Positions 19,246-28,314 of a DNA stretch of 56,744 bases are shown here, piece by piece (position 1 is the first letter of the stretch; each line of letters begins with the position of its first letter). Origin of the DNA: an uncultured Spartobacteria bacterium (GTDB lineage: Bacteria > Verrucomicrobiota > Verrucomicrobiia > Chthoniobacterales > Terrimicrobiaceae). Both the position numbers and the translations under genes were made by a program. The stretch spans positions 1-56,744 of the forward strand of contig CALBXK010000280.1 in the NCBI GenBank assembly GCA_937890535.1. The letters are read 5' to 3'. The notes beneath the pieces are model-generated. The model did no database searches and was not told the origin of the DNA. It saw only the letters and a program-made list of their open reading frames with translations.

Positions 19246-19313
19246 GACTCAGCAACGTGGCCGACAAGGGTTGAAAGGTGCTAGTCCCCGATCGTCAGAG
19301 CCCTCGAGACTTC

Positions 19314-20318
19314 TCAACAAATTCGCCCCTTTTTGAAATCAGGGGCATAGGGCACGGGATTTTCGACCGCATAGCGTTCGTCCATCGGTTCATCTGCGGG
19401 TTGGTAGCGAAGGTCGGTTGAGAGCCGGATTCGCTTCGATTGGTTGTCGAGGCTGGCATGCACCGTGCGCATCGTAAAAATCAAGATGTCTCCCGCCTGG
19501 AATTCTGCCGTGAGCCAGCGACCGCCCAGCTTTTCGCGCAGGGAAACGGGATCCTTGGCGAGATGGCCATTCCATTCATGCAGCATTTCGCCGGACTCGA
19601 GTTTCTCTGCATTGGCACCGTTCACACAATATTCATCCACATCTCGCGAAAGATATTTCCGCAATCGATCCGCCTGTTTATGAGAGTTTTCCAGGATCAT
19701 CAGTCCGCCCACCTGTAGGGGAGTATCCCCCAATGGGACCCAAGTGGTTAGCAAATTTGGTGTGCCCCGGCCCATGTAAACCATATCGCAATGAGGCGGA
19801 GTCCCCATGCCCGGACTCACCGCCCGAAACCAGGTGTAATTATAATGGAGAACGGGCTTCCCAAAAAAGCTCTCGTAGAAATGCTTCAGCTTTCCCTTAT
19901 AAATCAAATCGAGGAGCGGCTGATTATCGCGGGTGAGATCATCAGGGTTATACATCTTTAAGGAGTCGGCATCTCCCGTCGGGCGAAAGGCGCTGTGCGC
20001 ATTTGCGATTTTAATGTTTTTTACCATCGCTTCCTCGGGCGGATAGTCTTCGTCCAGAAAGCCGCCTTTCATCAGGCGGTCGGTGACAACCTTTCGGGCC
20101 TCGAGCACATCTTTCCTTTTGAAGAATCCCCGCAGAAAAAGATAGCCGTCATCTTCCAGCTTTTTGCGGAGGAAACGAGGCTGATCCACCAGCGTCGAGG
20201 AATCGGCCAAATACCCGAACTCATTGACGTCGAGTTCCCGACCGCGTGAGCGGGGTTGAAAGGATTTTTCGGTCGATGACGGAAAACTCTGAAGGGTTGC
20301 GATCATAGCCTGAAACAT
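19314..20318 (-). CDS. Phytanoyl-CoA dioxygenase (PhyH) family Fe(II)/2-oxoglutarate dioxygenase
   Basis: 334 aa. DGYLFLRGF at the N-terminus, a PHCDMVYMGRG facial-triad region and a distal His (FTMRTVHASLDN) are typical of the PhyH/ectoine-hydroxylase-like family. Confidence 0.75.
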   Translation of the reverse strand: MFQAMIATLQSFPSSTEKSFQPRSRGRELDVNEFGYLADSSTLVDQPRFLRKKLEDDGYLFLRGFFKRKDVLEARKVVTDRLMKGGFLDEDYPPEEAMVKNIKIANAHSAFRPTGDADSLKMYNPDDLTRDNQPLLDLIYKGKLKHFYESFFGKPVLHYNYTWFRAVSPGMGTPPHCDMVYMGRGTPNLLTTWVPLGDTPLQVGGLMILENSHKQADRLRKYLSRDVDEYCVNGANAEKLESGEMLHEWNGHLAKDPVSLREKLGGRWLTAEFQAGDILIFTMRTVHASLDNQSKRIRLSTDLRYQPADEPMDERYAVENPVPYAPDFKKGRIC

Positions 20319-20379
20319 AGCCAGTTTGATCTCTTATTACTATATGGACTTCATGCAATTTGTATGTATTTTATGATAT

Positions 20380-21069
20380 ATGTTCCACTACCCATGGGGG
20401 CTTTTGCCGAGAATGGGCTCCTGCATTGAACTTCAGCAGAAAGAAGCCGCTCATCGAAATCTCGATGAGGCGCTCGAAATCTTCTGGAAGCAGGACAATC
20501 AGAAACTCTCCCTCTGCAAGATGCGTTGTGCGGCCTTGAGCAGTTTCTGCTCGCGGGGTGCCTTGCAAGGTGGAGCTTCCAGCAGCAGAGTTTTGACGAT
20601 CCAAATGAAATATCTGGATAAGATGACTACGGTGCGCTCCTGGAAACTGGCCTGTCTTTTGACCCATCGATATTTTGACTCGCTGCTCGGGGAAGTTCGC
20701 TTCGAGCGACCTAGCCGCATGGAGCAAATCATTCTTCATATTCGGGAGATCATGAACCAATCGATCTCGTCCGCGCCTTCCCTTTATCAGCACGCCGACA
20801 CTTTCGGAGTTAGCTCTGGTCACCTCTCGCGGTGCTTTGTGGCCATGACCGGACGAACTTTTCAGCAGGAGACCCGCCAAATTCGCATGGATAAAGCGAA
20901 GCAAATGCTCATCGAGACGAATTTGAAGGTTACGACTATCGCGAAAGAGGTCGGCATGCCCGACGCCTCCAGGTTCATTCTGGAATTCCGCAAGGAACTC
21001 GGCATCACGCCGGGTTGCTATCGGAAAATCCATGGTAAAAATTATTCTGATGCCTCAAAATCAGCTTGA
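20380..21069 (+). CDS. AraC-family transcriptional regulator
   Basis: The C-terminal 100 aa is a double HTH (LYQHADTFGVSSGHLSRCFVAMTGRTFQQE..IAKEVGMPDASRFILEFRKELGITPGCYRK). The N-terminal 110 aa is not recognisable, so the start is uncertain. It is divergent from the PhyH gene across an AT-rich 61-bp gap. Confidence 0.75.
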   Translation: MFHYPWGLLPRMGSCIELQQKEAAHRNLDEALEIFWKQDNQKLSLCKMRCAALSSFCSRGALQGGASSSRVLTIQMKYLDKMTTVRSWKLACLLTHRYFDSLLGEVRFERPSRMEQIILHIREIMNQSISSAPSLYQHADTFGVSSGHLSRCFVAMTGRTFQQETRQIRMDKAKQMLIETNLKVTTIAKEVGMPDASRFILEFRKELGITPGCYRKIHGKNYSDASKSA

Positions 21070-21119
21070 ATTTTCCCAGAAAGCCAACAAAAGGACTGTC
21101 TTATAGCATAGGCATAGAG

Positions 21120-21168
21120 GTCAGGCATGGTGGAGCGCTGGCAGGCCTCGCACTCCGGCATGCCTGAC
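21120..21168. repeat. Intergenic hairpin/palindrome between convergent genes (10-bp arms)
   Basis: gtcaggcatg (21120-21129) and catgcctgac (21159-21168) are perfect complements around a GC-rich 29-nt loop. There is no T-tract. Confidence 0.6.
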
Positions 21169-21190
21169 CCCTCGGCCCCCCCAATTGGTC

Positions 21191-21532
21191 CTATCCTGCG
21201 GTTGCCAACGAACGGGCTTCCGTTTCGTCTTCTGCGATGGTGAGGAGGCTGTCCATACCCGAATGATGAATGATTTTTCGCACTTGGGGATTGGGACTGA
21301 AAACGATGAGTGGTTTTCCGGTAAGCGCGAGAATCTTGTGGGCGGCAATGAACATGCGCATGCCAAGGGAGGCGACGAATGTCAGTTGGGAGAGATCCAC
21401 CACGGCTCCAGGATGGGCGGAGATCGCGGCGAGGAATGGCGTTTCGACTTCCTCCACGCCGTGGAGATCGAGACTACCCTCAAGGGCGATTGTGGCCGGG
21501 TGAGAGGAGGAGGTGATAACGCGGAGGTTCAT
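21191..21532 (-). CDS. STAS-domain protein (anti-sigma-factor antagonist, SpoIIAA/RsbV-like)
   Basis: 113 aa. VVDLSQLTFVASLGMRMFI carries the DLS..F..S.G motif with the conserved Ser. It has an ATGA overlap with the upstream PP2C gene. Confidence 0.85.
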   Translation of the reverse strand: MNLRVITSSSHPATIALEGSLDLHGVEEVETPFLAAISAHPGAVVDLSQLTFVASLGMRMFIAAHKILALTGKPLIVFSPNPQVRKIIHHSGMDSLLTIAEDETEARSLATAG

Positions 21533-22989
21533 GATGTGGCGGGAAAATCGATGGTGATGAATGAATAGTCGTCGTCAAGGACGGGATCGGGATTCATGGA
21601 GTGGATCCACGCCAGGACGTCATCGGGCAGGGACGGGCTGCGTCCATGTTCTTGTAGGAAGGTTAGAAAGTCGGTGTCGAAATCGAGCATTTTCCCGTCG
21701 GGGCCCTTGATCTCATAGGCCCCGTCGCAATAGACGAAGAGCCGGGCGTTTGGGGGAATGACTTGAGATTCGCTTTCGAAAGAAATGTCCGGCATGACGC
21801 CGATGAGGGTGCCGGGACAGCGGACCTCGGAGAGGGTGTTGGAACCGTCTTCGCCTGGCGTGAGAAGGATGGCGGGGGGATGTCCTCCAGAGGCGTGATG
21901 GAGGGTTCGAGTGGCGGTATCAAAGACGCCGTACCAGATGGTAAAATACATGTTGTTGTGCTGCTCCATCTGGAAGCTGGCGTTGAGGCCGGTGAGGACC
22001 TGGCCGGGATCCCGAAAGTCGGTCTCGTGGAGTGAACCGCTGCGAAGAACATTGATGGCGGCGACGGAAAGCAAGGCGGCACCGACCCCATGGCCACAGA
22101 CGTCGAGGAGGTAAATCGCAAAATGGGTGCTGTCGATCCAGTGGTAGCCGAAGGAATCGCCCCCGAGTTCGGTGGAGGGGGTGTAGGCCCAGGCGATGGA
22201 GAAGGGATGCTCCATGGGCGGAGGGAGGATTGAAGTGACGTAGCGGGCGGCCTCCTGGAGTTCGTCTGCGAGGCGTTTCTGGGTTTCCTCGATCTGATGG
22301 AGATAGGCTTGTTCCTGGTCCCGGAAGGCTTTTTTCTCCAGGCTGGCACCGATGCGGGCCCGGAGCAGGGTCGGATTGAAGGGCTTGGGAAGAAAATCCT
22401 CGGCGCCCATTTCGATGCAGCTCACGACACTCTCAATTTCGTCGAGGGCGGATATCATGATGACAGGAATGTGACGCAGGGCGGGGTCCGCTTTCATGTG
22501 GCCGAGGGCGGTGGTGCCATCCATGGTGGGCATCAGGATATCAAGCAGTACCAGGTCGAAGGGGGAGGCTGCCAGCATCTCCAGAGCCTGCTGTCCGTCT
22601 TTGGCCTGAGCGGTTTGATGGCCCTGGCGCTGCAGGCGTTTTGCCAGAACGTCACGATTGTCGGGGTGGTCGTCCACCACAAGAATCCGACCGGCGAGAG
22701 TGGCCAGGGTGGGGGTCGGTGCCTGGATGGTTGCCTCCGGGACTGGCTCTGCCAAAGGTTTTGGGGATTCAGGAAGAGCCGGCGAGGCCGAATCGGTCAG
22801 CCGGGAATCGATCAACCCGAGAAGCTGCTTTGCGGCGATCTGAACTTTTTCGAGATCTCCGAGGTTTTTGATTCCCTGGTCGGCGAGATCTTCTGCCAGC
22901 AGTTCGCTGTAGCCGAGGATGTGATTGATCGGCGTTCGCAGATCGTGACGAAGGGCTGCGAGGTTGGAGGTTGGATTCGGGTCGCTCAC
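21529..22989 (-). CDS. H-box(HisKA-like)-receiver-PP2C (SpoIIE-type) phosphatase fusion protein
   Basis: 486 aa. N-terminal LAALRHDLRTPINHILGYSELL is a HisKA phospho-acceptor box with no following ATPase domain. The REC domain is RILVVDDHPDNRDVL..DLVLLDILMPTMDG..K. The C-terminal part is SpoIIE/PP2C-like (GGDSFGY..LLDVCGHGVGAALLS..VYCDG). Confidence 0.85.
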   Translation of the reverse strand: MSDPNPTSNLAALRHDLRTPINHILGYSELLAEDLADQGIKNLGDLEKVQIAAKQLLGLIDSRLTDSASPALPESPKPLAEPVPEATIQAPTPTLATLAGRILVVDDHPDNRDVLAKRLQRQGHQTAQAKDGQQALEMLAASPFDLVLLDILMPTMDGTTALGHMKADPALRHIPVIMISALDEIESVVSCIEMGAEDFLPKPFNPTLLRARIGASLEKKAFRDQEQAYLHQIEETQKRLADELQEAARYVTSILPPPMEHPFSIAWAYTPSTELGGDSFGYHWIDSTHFAIYLLDVCGHGVGAALLSVAAINVLRSGSLHETDFRDPGQVLTGLNASFQMEQHNNMYFTIWYGVFDTATRTLHHASGGHPPAILLTPGEDGSNTLSEVRCPGTLIGVMPDISFESESQVIPPNARLFVYCDGAYEIKGPDGKMLDFDTDFLTFLQEHGRSPSLPDDVLAWIHSMNPDPVLDDDYSFITIDFPATS

Positions 22990-23387
22990 GAGGGATCGGG
23001 CGGCGAATCGCTTTTGGTCGGGGAGCGATCCAGCTGGGTCGCGATTTTCTCGAGGAGCCGGTCGAGTTCGATCGGTTTGGTATCGTAGTCGTCACAACCC
23101 GCAGCGAGGGCTTTTTCACGATCTCCTGACATGGCGTGGGCGGTGAGGGCGATGATGGGGATGGTTGAGGTCGCGGGATTGGCCTTGAGGCGGCGGGTGG
23201 CCTCCCAGCCATCAATAACCGGAAGGCTCATGTCCATCAGAATGATGTCGGGGGCGGAGGAGCCTCCCAGATTCACACCCTCCTGACCGTCGACGGCGAG
23301 GGTGACTTCATGTCCCCGCCGGATGAGGCGACGTGAGAGCATATCGCGATTCATTTCATTGTCTTCGACGAGAAGGATTCGGGCCAT
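22986..23387 (-). CDS. Single-domain response regulator (CheY-like receiver)
   Basis: 133 aa. MARILLVEDNEMNRDMLSRRL..DIILMDMSLPVIDGWE..ALTAHAM..DYDTKP. It has a 4-nt overlap with the downstream PP2C gene. Confidence 0.9.
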   Translation of the reverse strand: MARILLVEDNEMNRDMLSRRLIRRGHEVTLAVDGQEGVNLGGSSAPDIILMDMSLPVIDGWEATRRLKANPATSTIPIIALTAHAMSGDREKALAAGCDDYDTKPIELDRLLEKIATQLDRSPTKSDSPPDPS

Positions 23388-23498
23388 GATGATTAATTAT
23401 TGAGCCGACTGTAGGAAGAGAGAGCCTCTGGCGCAAGCTTGACAGGTGCGGTTGAGACCAGGGAACTCAACAAGGAACGCGTACGCACGGGAGGGGGC

Positions 23499-26021
23499 TC
23501 AAACTTTTTGCTTCAACAAGGCGGTGAGGTCGCGGATGAACTTGTCCTGATTGACAGCGCCTTTTTGAACAATTTGTTGCACGCAGCCATCGAGCCGTTT
23601 CCGGTCTTCGGAGGTGAGGTCTTTAGCGGTGATGATCACGACAGGAAGGTCAACGCAGGCGGGGTCCTGGCGGAGGGTCTCAAGAAACTCGAATCCGTCC
23701 ATGACCGGCATCATCAAATCGAGGAGGATGAGCGAAGGGCGGGAGGCCGTCACGGAGTCGAGGGCGGCTCGGCCATTCTCGGCTTCGCGGGAGATGAAGC
23801 CCTCTTTTTCCAGGAGACGGCAAATCAATTCCCGGGCGACGGGGTCGTCCTCCACGACGAGGATTTCGGAGTTGGTGGGGGCGCATTGGGTGGAGAGAAT
23901 TTCACGGAGTCGGTCCGGGTCGACCGGCTTGGTGAGGAACCCGGCGGCACCGAGGGTGAATCCCAACTGGCGATCGCGCAACATGGTCACCATGATGACG
24001 GGAATCGCGGCGGTGGTCGGATCGGATTTCAGGGCAGTGAGGACGGACCAGCCGTCCATGCCGGGCATCATGACATCAAGGGTGATGGCGGCAGGTTTGA
24101 TCTTCCGGGCGAGTTCCAGTCCGGCGGGACCGCTGTGGGCGACGAACACTTCGTAACCGGATTTTGAGAGATTGCGCTTGAGGATATCCGTGGAATCGAG
24201 GTCGTCATCGATTACGAGCAAACGCGGCTTCGATCCCCGGGGGATTGAGGCCGCGGAGGATATCTTGGTTGGTGGGACGGTTGCTGATTCTTCGATCTTG
24301 GCGGGGAGATCGACCGTAAAGGTGGTTCCCTGTCCTGGGGTGCTTTCGACCGTGATGTCGCCTCCGATGATCTGGCTGAATTTTCGGCAGATCAGGAGGC
24401 CCAATCCGGTACCGCCGTATTTGCGGGTGGTGGAGGCATCGGCCTGGGAGAAGGCCTGGAAGAGGCGGCCGAGTTGCTCCCCGGTCATTCCAATTCCGGT
24501 GTCCTTCACCACAAAGCGGACCCGGTCCCCGGTGTCCCCGGCGGTGCGTTGGACCGAGAGGGTGATCCGACCTTTTTCGGTGAATTTTGAGGCATTGCTG
24601 AGCAGGTTGAATAGGATCTGACGCACTTTCGTCAAATCGCTTCGCATCGAACCGCAGTCCTCCGGGCAGTGAACTTCGAGGGAGTTGCCATTCTTTTCCA
24701 CCAGGGGTTGGATGGTGGCCACGACTTCGGGCAGGATCTCAGCGATGGAAAATTCCTCCGGAAAGATCGTCATTTTTCCTGCTTCGATTTTGGAGAGATC
24801 CAGAATGTCGTTGATCAGAGCCAGGAGGTGTTTTCCAGCGGAGCGGATTTTTTGAAGGTCGGGAATCAGCTCCGCGGCACCAAGGTCCTCCGTTTCCTCA
24901 ATGAGCATCTCGCTGTAGCCGATGATGGCATTCATTGGGGTGCGCAATTCATGACTCATGTTGGCGAGGAAGGTGCTCTTGGTCCGATTGGCGGATTCAG
25001 CCGCATCGCGGGCGGCGACCGCTTCCTGATGGCGGGTCTCGGCGAGGGCGAGGGCGCGGGAAAGTCGGGAGGCGAGCCAGAAGGACAGAATGAGAATGGT
25101 TGTGATGACGGCGGTGGCAACGCCATACACCTGCCAAATGATGCTGACGGTCTTGGCTCGGACGTCGGGCAGGTACAAAGCGGCCACGATATCGTAATCC
25201 CAGGGGGCAAAGGTTTCCATTCGCACATACCAGTCCGGGCCGACCGGGCGCTTGGCTTCCAGATCGTTGATGATCTGTTTGATCTTGGCGTCGGAGGCGA
25301 AATTCTGGGTCTGCAGAATGATATGATCATGGCTGTCCACGAGGGCGAAGAATCCATGGTTGAGGACGCCGGGGAGTTCGATGGCATCGTTGAGTGTGAC
25401 CATTCCGGTGATGGCATAGCCGGCGTAATACGCTCCAATAACTCCGCCGGCGGCATCCCGGATGGGTTCATATCCGGTGATGTAGGATTTTCCGAGAATG
25501 TCGACCACTCCGAGATAAGATTCTCCCGCGTTGAGGCTGGCGATGGCTGGGCCATCAGGATCAAGAATTGTTCCGACCGCCCTTGAGCCGTCTGGTTTTG
25601 CCACATTGGTGATGATGCGAACGAAGCGGTCGCCCGATTTCTCGAAGATCGTCGCCGTGCCGCCCATGATCTCCCGGGTCTCATCCACGAGCGCCTCGTT
25701 ACCGGCCACCGGATATTCTCCGAACGAGAGCATCATTCGGGGGGAACCGTCGGGTCCGGGGTGGAGCGCCATTTGCGGGGGACCCTGGCGAAGCGTGATC
25801 ATTTTCAAAACCAGCAGGGACGAATGCACCAGGCCCTTATTGATCGTATTGTTGGCGGCCAGGATATCCGCGATGTGCTCCATCTTTGATGTCATCTGAC
25901 GCTCTGCGGCGACCCGGATATATTCGGAGAGCCGGCGGTAGCCGGAGAAGCCCGCAAAACCCACGGCGATGATCACAAGCAGAAACCAGAGCAGGACCTT
26001 GGATTTGAGAGAAAGCGACAT
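23499..26021 (-). CDS. Hybrid sensor histidine kinase (Cache-type periplasmic sensor, HisKA, HATPase, two receiver domains)
   Basis: 840 aa with 2 TM helices flanking a Cache_3/Cache_2-like domain ([48 protein letters not shown]). It has the H-box [20 protein letters not shown]-boxes DTGIGM/GGTGLGL, REC1 [18 protein letters not shown] and REC2 [18 protein letters not shown]. Confidence 0.9.
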   Translation of the reverse strand: MSLSLKSKVLLWFLLVIIAVGFAGFSGYRRLSEYIRVAAERQMTSKMEHIADILAANNTINKGLVHSSLLVLKMITLRQGPPQMALHPGPDGSPRMMLSFGEYPVAGNEALVDETREIMGGTATIFEKSGDRFVRIITNVAKPDGSRAVGTILDPDGPAIASLNAGESYLGVVDILGKSYITGYEPIRDAAGGVIGAYYAGYAITGMVTLNDAIELPGVLNHGFFALVDSHDHIILQTQNFASDAKIKQIINDLEAKRPVGPDWYVRMETFAPWDYDIVAALYLPDVRAKTVSIIWQVYGVATAVITTILILSFWLASRLSRALALAETRHQEAVAARDAAESANRTKSTFLANMSHELRTPMNAIIGYSEMLIEETEDLGAAELIPDLQKIRSAGKHLLALINDILDLSKIEAGKMTIFPEEFSIAEILPEVVATIQPLVEKNGNSLEVHCPEDCGSMRSDLTKVRQILFNLLSNASKFTEKGRITLSVQRTAGDTGDRVRFVVKDTGIGMTGEQLGRLFQAFSQADASTTRKYGGTGLGLLICRKFSQIIGGDITVESTPGQGTTFTVDLPAKIEESATVPPTKISSAASIPRGSKPRLLVIDDDLDSTDILKRNLSKSGYEVFVAHSGPAGLELARKIKPAAITLDVMMPGMDGWSVLTALKSDPTTAAIPVIMVTMLRDRQLGFTLGAAGFLTKPVDPDRLREILSTQCAPTNSEILVVEDDPVARELICRLLEKEGFISREAENGRAALDSVTASRPSLILLDLMMPVMDGFEFLETLRQDPACVDLPVVIITAKDLTSEDRKRLDGCVQQIVQKGAVNQDKFIRDLTALLKQKV

Positions 26022-26159
26022 GAAGAAGATGGGTCGATCGGCCCGAAGGGTCTTGGGCCTGACGATGTGGACTGCTCGAAAGATAAAAATGCGATTGCCT
26101 GGAACAAGCTAAATTCGTTATGAAAGGAAGTTCTTCCCAACCACCAGACCCCTGATCCC

Positions 26160-26513
26160 ATGGCAGCATACCAAACCACCCTCGACGGCAACATTCACAT
26201 TCTCACCGTTTCCGGGCGTCTTGACCCCCATGGGGGCAAGGATCTGAAGGACACCATGTCCTCGCTGGCGGATGGGGAAGAGAAAGGGGATTTGCTCATC
26301 GATTTGGAGCATCTTGAATATATGGCGAGCGCGGGCTTTCGTGAGTTGTTTATGGCCGGTCGCAAGATTTCGCGCAAGGGAGGGCGGCTCGTGGTGTGTT
26401 CCCTGCGTGGAGAGGTGAAACGGGTCTTTGAGTTGGCGCGATTTGACACCGCCTATCCGATCTTTGAGACCCGCCAGGATGCCTTGGACCATCTCAAGGC
26501 CGAAGCCGCCTGA
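26160..26513 (+). CDS. STAS-domain protein (second anti-sigma-factor antagonist-like protein)
   Basis: 117 aa. LIDLEHLEYMASAGFRELF carries the conserved Ser motif. It is divergent from the hybrid kinase gene across a 138-bp gap. Confidence 0.85.
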   Translation: MAAYQTTLDGNIHILTVSGRLDPHGGKDLKDTMSSLADGEEKGDLLIDLEHLEYMASAGFRELFMAGRKISRKGGRLVVCSLRGEVKRVFELARFDTAYPIFETRQDALDHLKAEAA

Positions 26514-26532
26514 CCTGCGGAGGAGGGGAATC

Positions 26533-27543
26533 TCAGGCCGGACCCCGGTCCGATTCGGGCTTGGGAGGGCGCCCGAGAAGCTCCCACATGGCTTCATGCG
26601 GGGGTTTGTTTTCGTAGAGCACGGCATGGACTTCTGACGTGATGGGAGCTTCGATGCCGAGCTTCCCGGCGCATTGCCAGGCGCTCAACGTGGTGGGGAC
26701 TCCCTCGGCCACCATCCGCATTGATTCCTGGATCTGGGCGGGGGACTCGCCCCGGCCGAGGCGTTCGCCAAAGGTGCGGTTGCGGCTGTGCGGGCTGAAA
26801 CAGGTCACCATGAGATCGCCGATTCCGCTCAGCCCGAAAAATGTTTCCTGGCGTCCCCCGAGGGCAACTCCGAGACGGGTCATTTCGGCGAGAGCGCGGG
26901 TGACGAGAGCGGCCTTGGCATTGTCGCCCATGGCGAAGCCGTCGGAGGCTCCGGCCGCGATGGCAAATATGTTTTTCAAGGCTCCGCCGAGTTGGATGCC
27001 TGTGACGTCGTCGCTCGTGTAGGCGCGGAAGCTGGGGAGGGAAAATGTTTTTTGCAGAGGCTCGATCAGTTCAGGGTGGACCGAGCCGATCACGCCGGCC
27101 GCGGGGATGCGCTTGGCCACTTCGACGGCGAGGTTGGGGCCGGAAAGCACGCCCACGCGATGGTCTGGCAGAGCCTCCTCCAGGATCTGGCTGACGAGTT
27201 TTCCGGTGTTGTGCTCGATCCCTTTGGTGCAGGAAACGAAGACGGTTTTTTTATCGGGGCCGAGGGCCGCGATTTGGGCGGCAATGGTGCGAATGGCCTT
27301 GGATGGTGTGACGATGAGGATGAGTTCAGCGTCCAGGGTGTCGGAGAGATCCCCGGTGGAGTAAACGTTGGGCGGCAACCGAAGGCCGGGGAGATAGGTT
27401 TCGTTGGTGCGATGGGAGACGAGTTCTTCGGCGATCTCAGGGTTGTGGGCCCAAAGGCGGACCTTGGCGCGATTTTCGGCCAGAAGGAGCGACAAGGCGG
27501 TCCCCCAGCTGCCGGCGCCGATGATGCTGATTTTCTTATACAT
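26533..27543 (-). CDS. gpsA: NAD(P)H-dependent glycerol-3-phosphate dehydrogenase
   Basis: The start is at MYKKISIIGAGSWGTALSLLLAEN (internal Met 74 of the track ORF). GALKNIFAIAAG and the ..PIT..V motifs are typical of GpsA. Confidence 0.92.
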   Translation of the reverse strand: MYKKISIIGAGSWGTALSLLLAENRAKVRLWAHNPEIAEELVSHRTNETYLPGLRLPPNVYSTGDLSDTLDAELILIVTPSKAIRTIAAQIAALGPDKKTVFVSCTKGIEHNTGKLVSQILEEALPDHRVGVLSGPNLAVEVAKRIPAAGVIGSVHPELIEPLQKTFSLPSFRAYTSDDVTGIQLGGALKNIFAIAAGASDGFAMGDNAKAALVTRALAEMTRLGVALGGRQETFFGLSGIGDLMVTCFSPHSRNRTFGERLGRGESPAQIQESMRMVAEGVPTTLSAWQCAGKLGIEAPITSEVHAVLYENKPPHEAMWELLGRPPKPESDRGPA

Positions 27544-28270
27544 GGGAATTGTCGGAAGGGGTTTGTGGTGGGAGCTTCTTTTCGAATTTTTTTTCCGTTC
27601 CGGCAAGCAGACGTTGGATATTTGATTTGTGACGCCAGATGGCGAGAACGCACATGACCCCGGCGATCCATAGTCTGAGGGCATCGCACTTCCCCATGAG
27701 GAGGAGAATCCCACTGGCGGTGGGGAGGGTGATCGCGGCGCCGATGGAAGCGATTGACACATACCGGGTCGCGAAAAAGAGGATCAGCCAGACGCTGATT
27801 CCCGCGAGAAAGACCTGAATCGGAAAGAGCGCAATCATGATTCCGCCGGCGGTGGCAATGCCTTTTCCTCCTTTGAAGCCAAGCCAGATCGGAAATATGT
27901 GTCCCAGCATCCCGCAGATCGCACCAAGAATCCCAAAGCGAATGGTCAAAGGGGGCGCAGGAGTGGAGCCTACGAGGAAGTTCAGGATGGATGAAACGGA
28001 AAGGTCTTGGGAGGCATTCGTCATTTGGGTGTACAGAAGGACGATGACGTAGGAGGTCATCACGGCCAGCCAACCCTTGAAAATATCCGCCGCAAATACG
28101 GTGTATCCGATTTTCTTGCCGAGGACGCGGAGGGCGTTGGTGGCTCCGACGTTTCCGCTGCCCTCTTTGCGCAGGTCGAGTCCGTGGGCTCGCCCGGCGA
28201 GGTATCCGCTGGGGAAGGAGCCAATGAGGTAGGAGATCACGGCGGTGGTGATGACGGCAATCCAAAGCAT
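27536..28270 (-). CDS. plsY: Glycerol-3-phosphate acyltransferase PlsY
   Basis: SYLIGSFPSGYLAGRAHGLDLRKEGSGNVGATNALRVLGKK is the PlsY signature. The start is taken at MLWIAVITT (Met 14). It overlaps gpsA by 8 nt. Confidence 0.9.
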   Translation of the reverse strand: MLWIAVITTAVISYLIGSFPSGYLAGRAHGLDLRKEGSGNVGATNALRVLGKKIGYTVFAADIFKGWLAVMTSYVIVLLYTQMTNASQDLSVSSILNFLVGSTPAPPLTIRFGILGAICGMLGHIFPIWLGFKGGKGIATAGGIMIALFPIQVFLAGISVWLILFFATRYVSIASIGAAITLPTASGILLLMGKCDALRLWIAGVMCVLAIWRHKSNIQRLLAGTEKKFEKKLPPQTPSDNSHV

Positions 28271-28314
28271 CCTGACGTAATGGCTGGGCGAATGGTTGCT
28301 CTCAAGCAAAAATC

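Noticed and set aside
20371-21033. 220-aa minus-strand ORF overlapping the AraC gene.
   Set aside because: The plus strand carries an unambiguous AraC double-HTH, and the minus frame has no motif.
22297-25586. Plus-strand ORFs 22297..23088, 23439..24167 and 24669..25586.
   Set aside because: They are antisense to the PP2C, response-regulator and hybrid-kinase genes. Their Gly/Asp/Val-rich composition is typical of shadow frames.
27090-28265. 391-aa minus-strand ORF in an alternative frame across gpsA/plsY.
   Set aside because: It is Pro/Arg/Ser-rich and off-frame. The gpsA and plsY frames carry canonical signatures.
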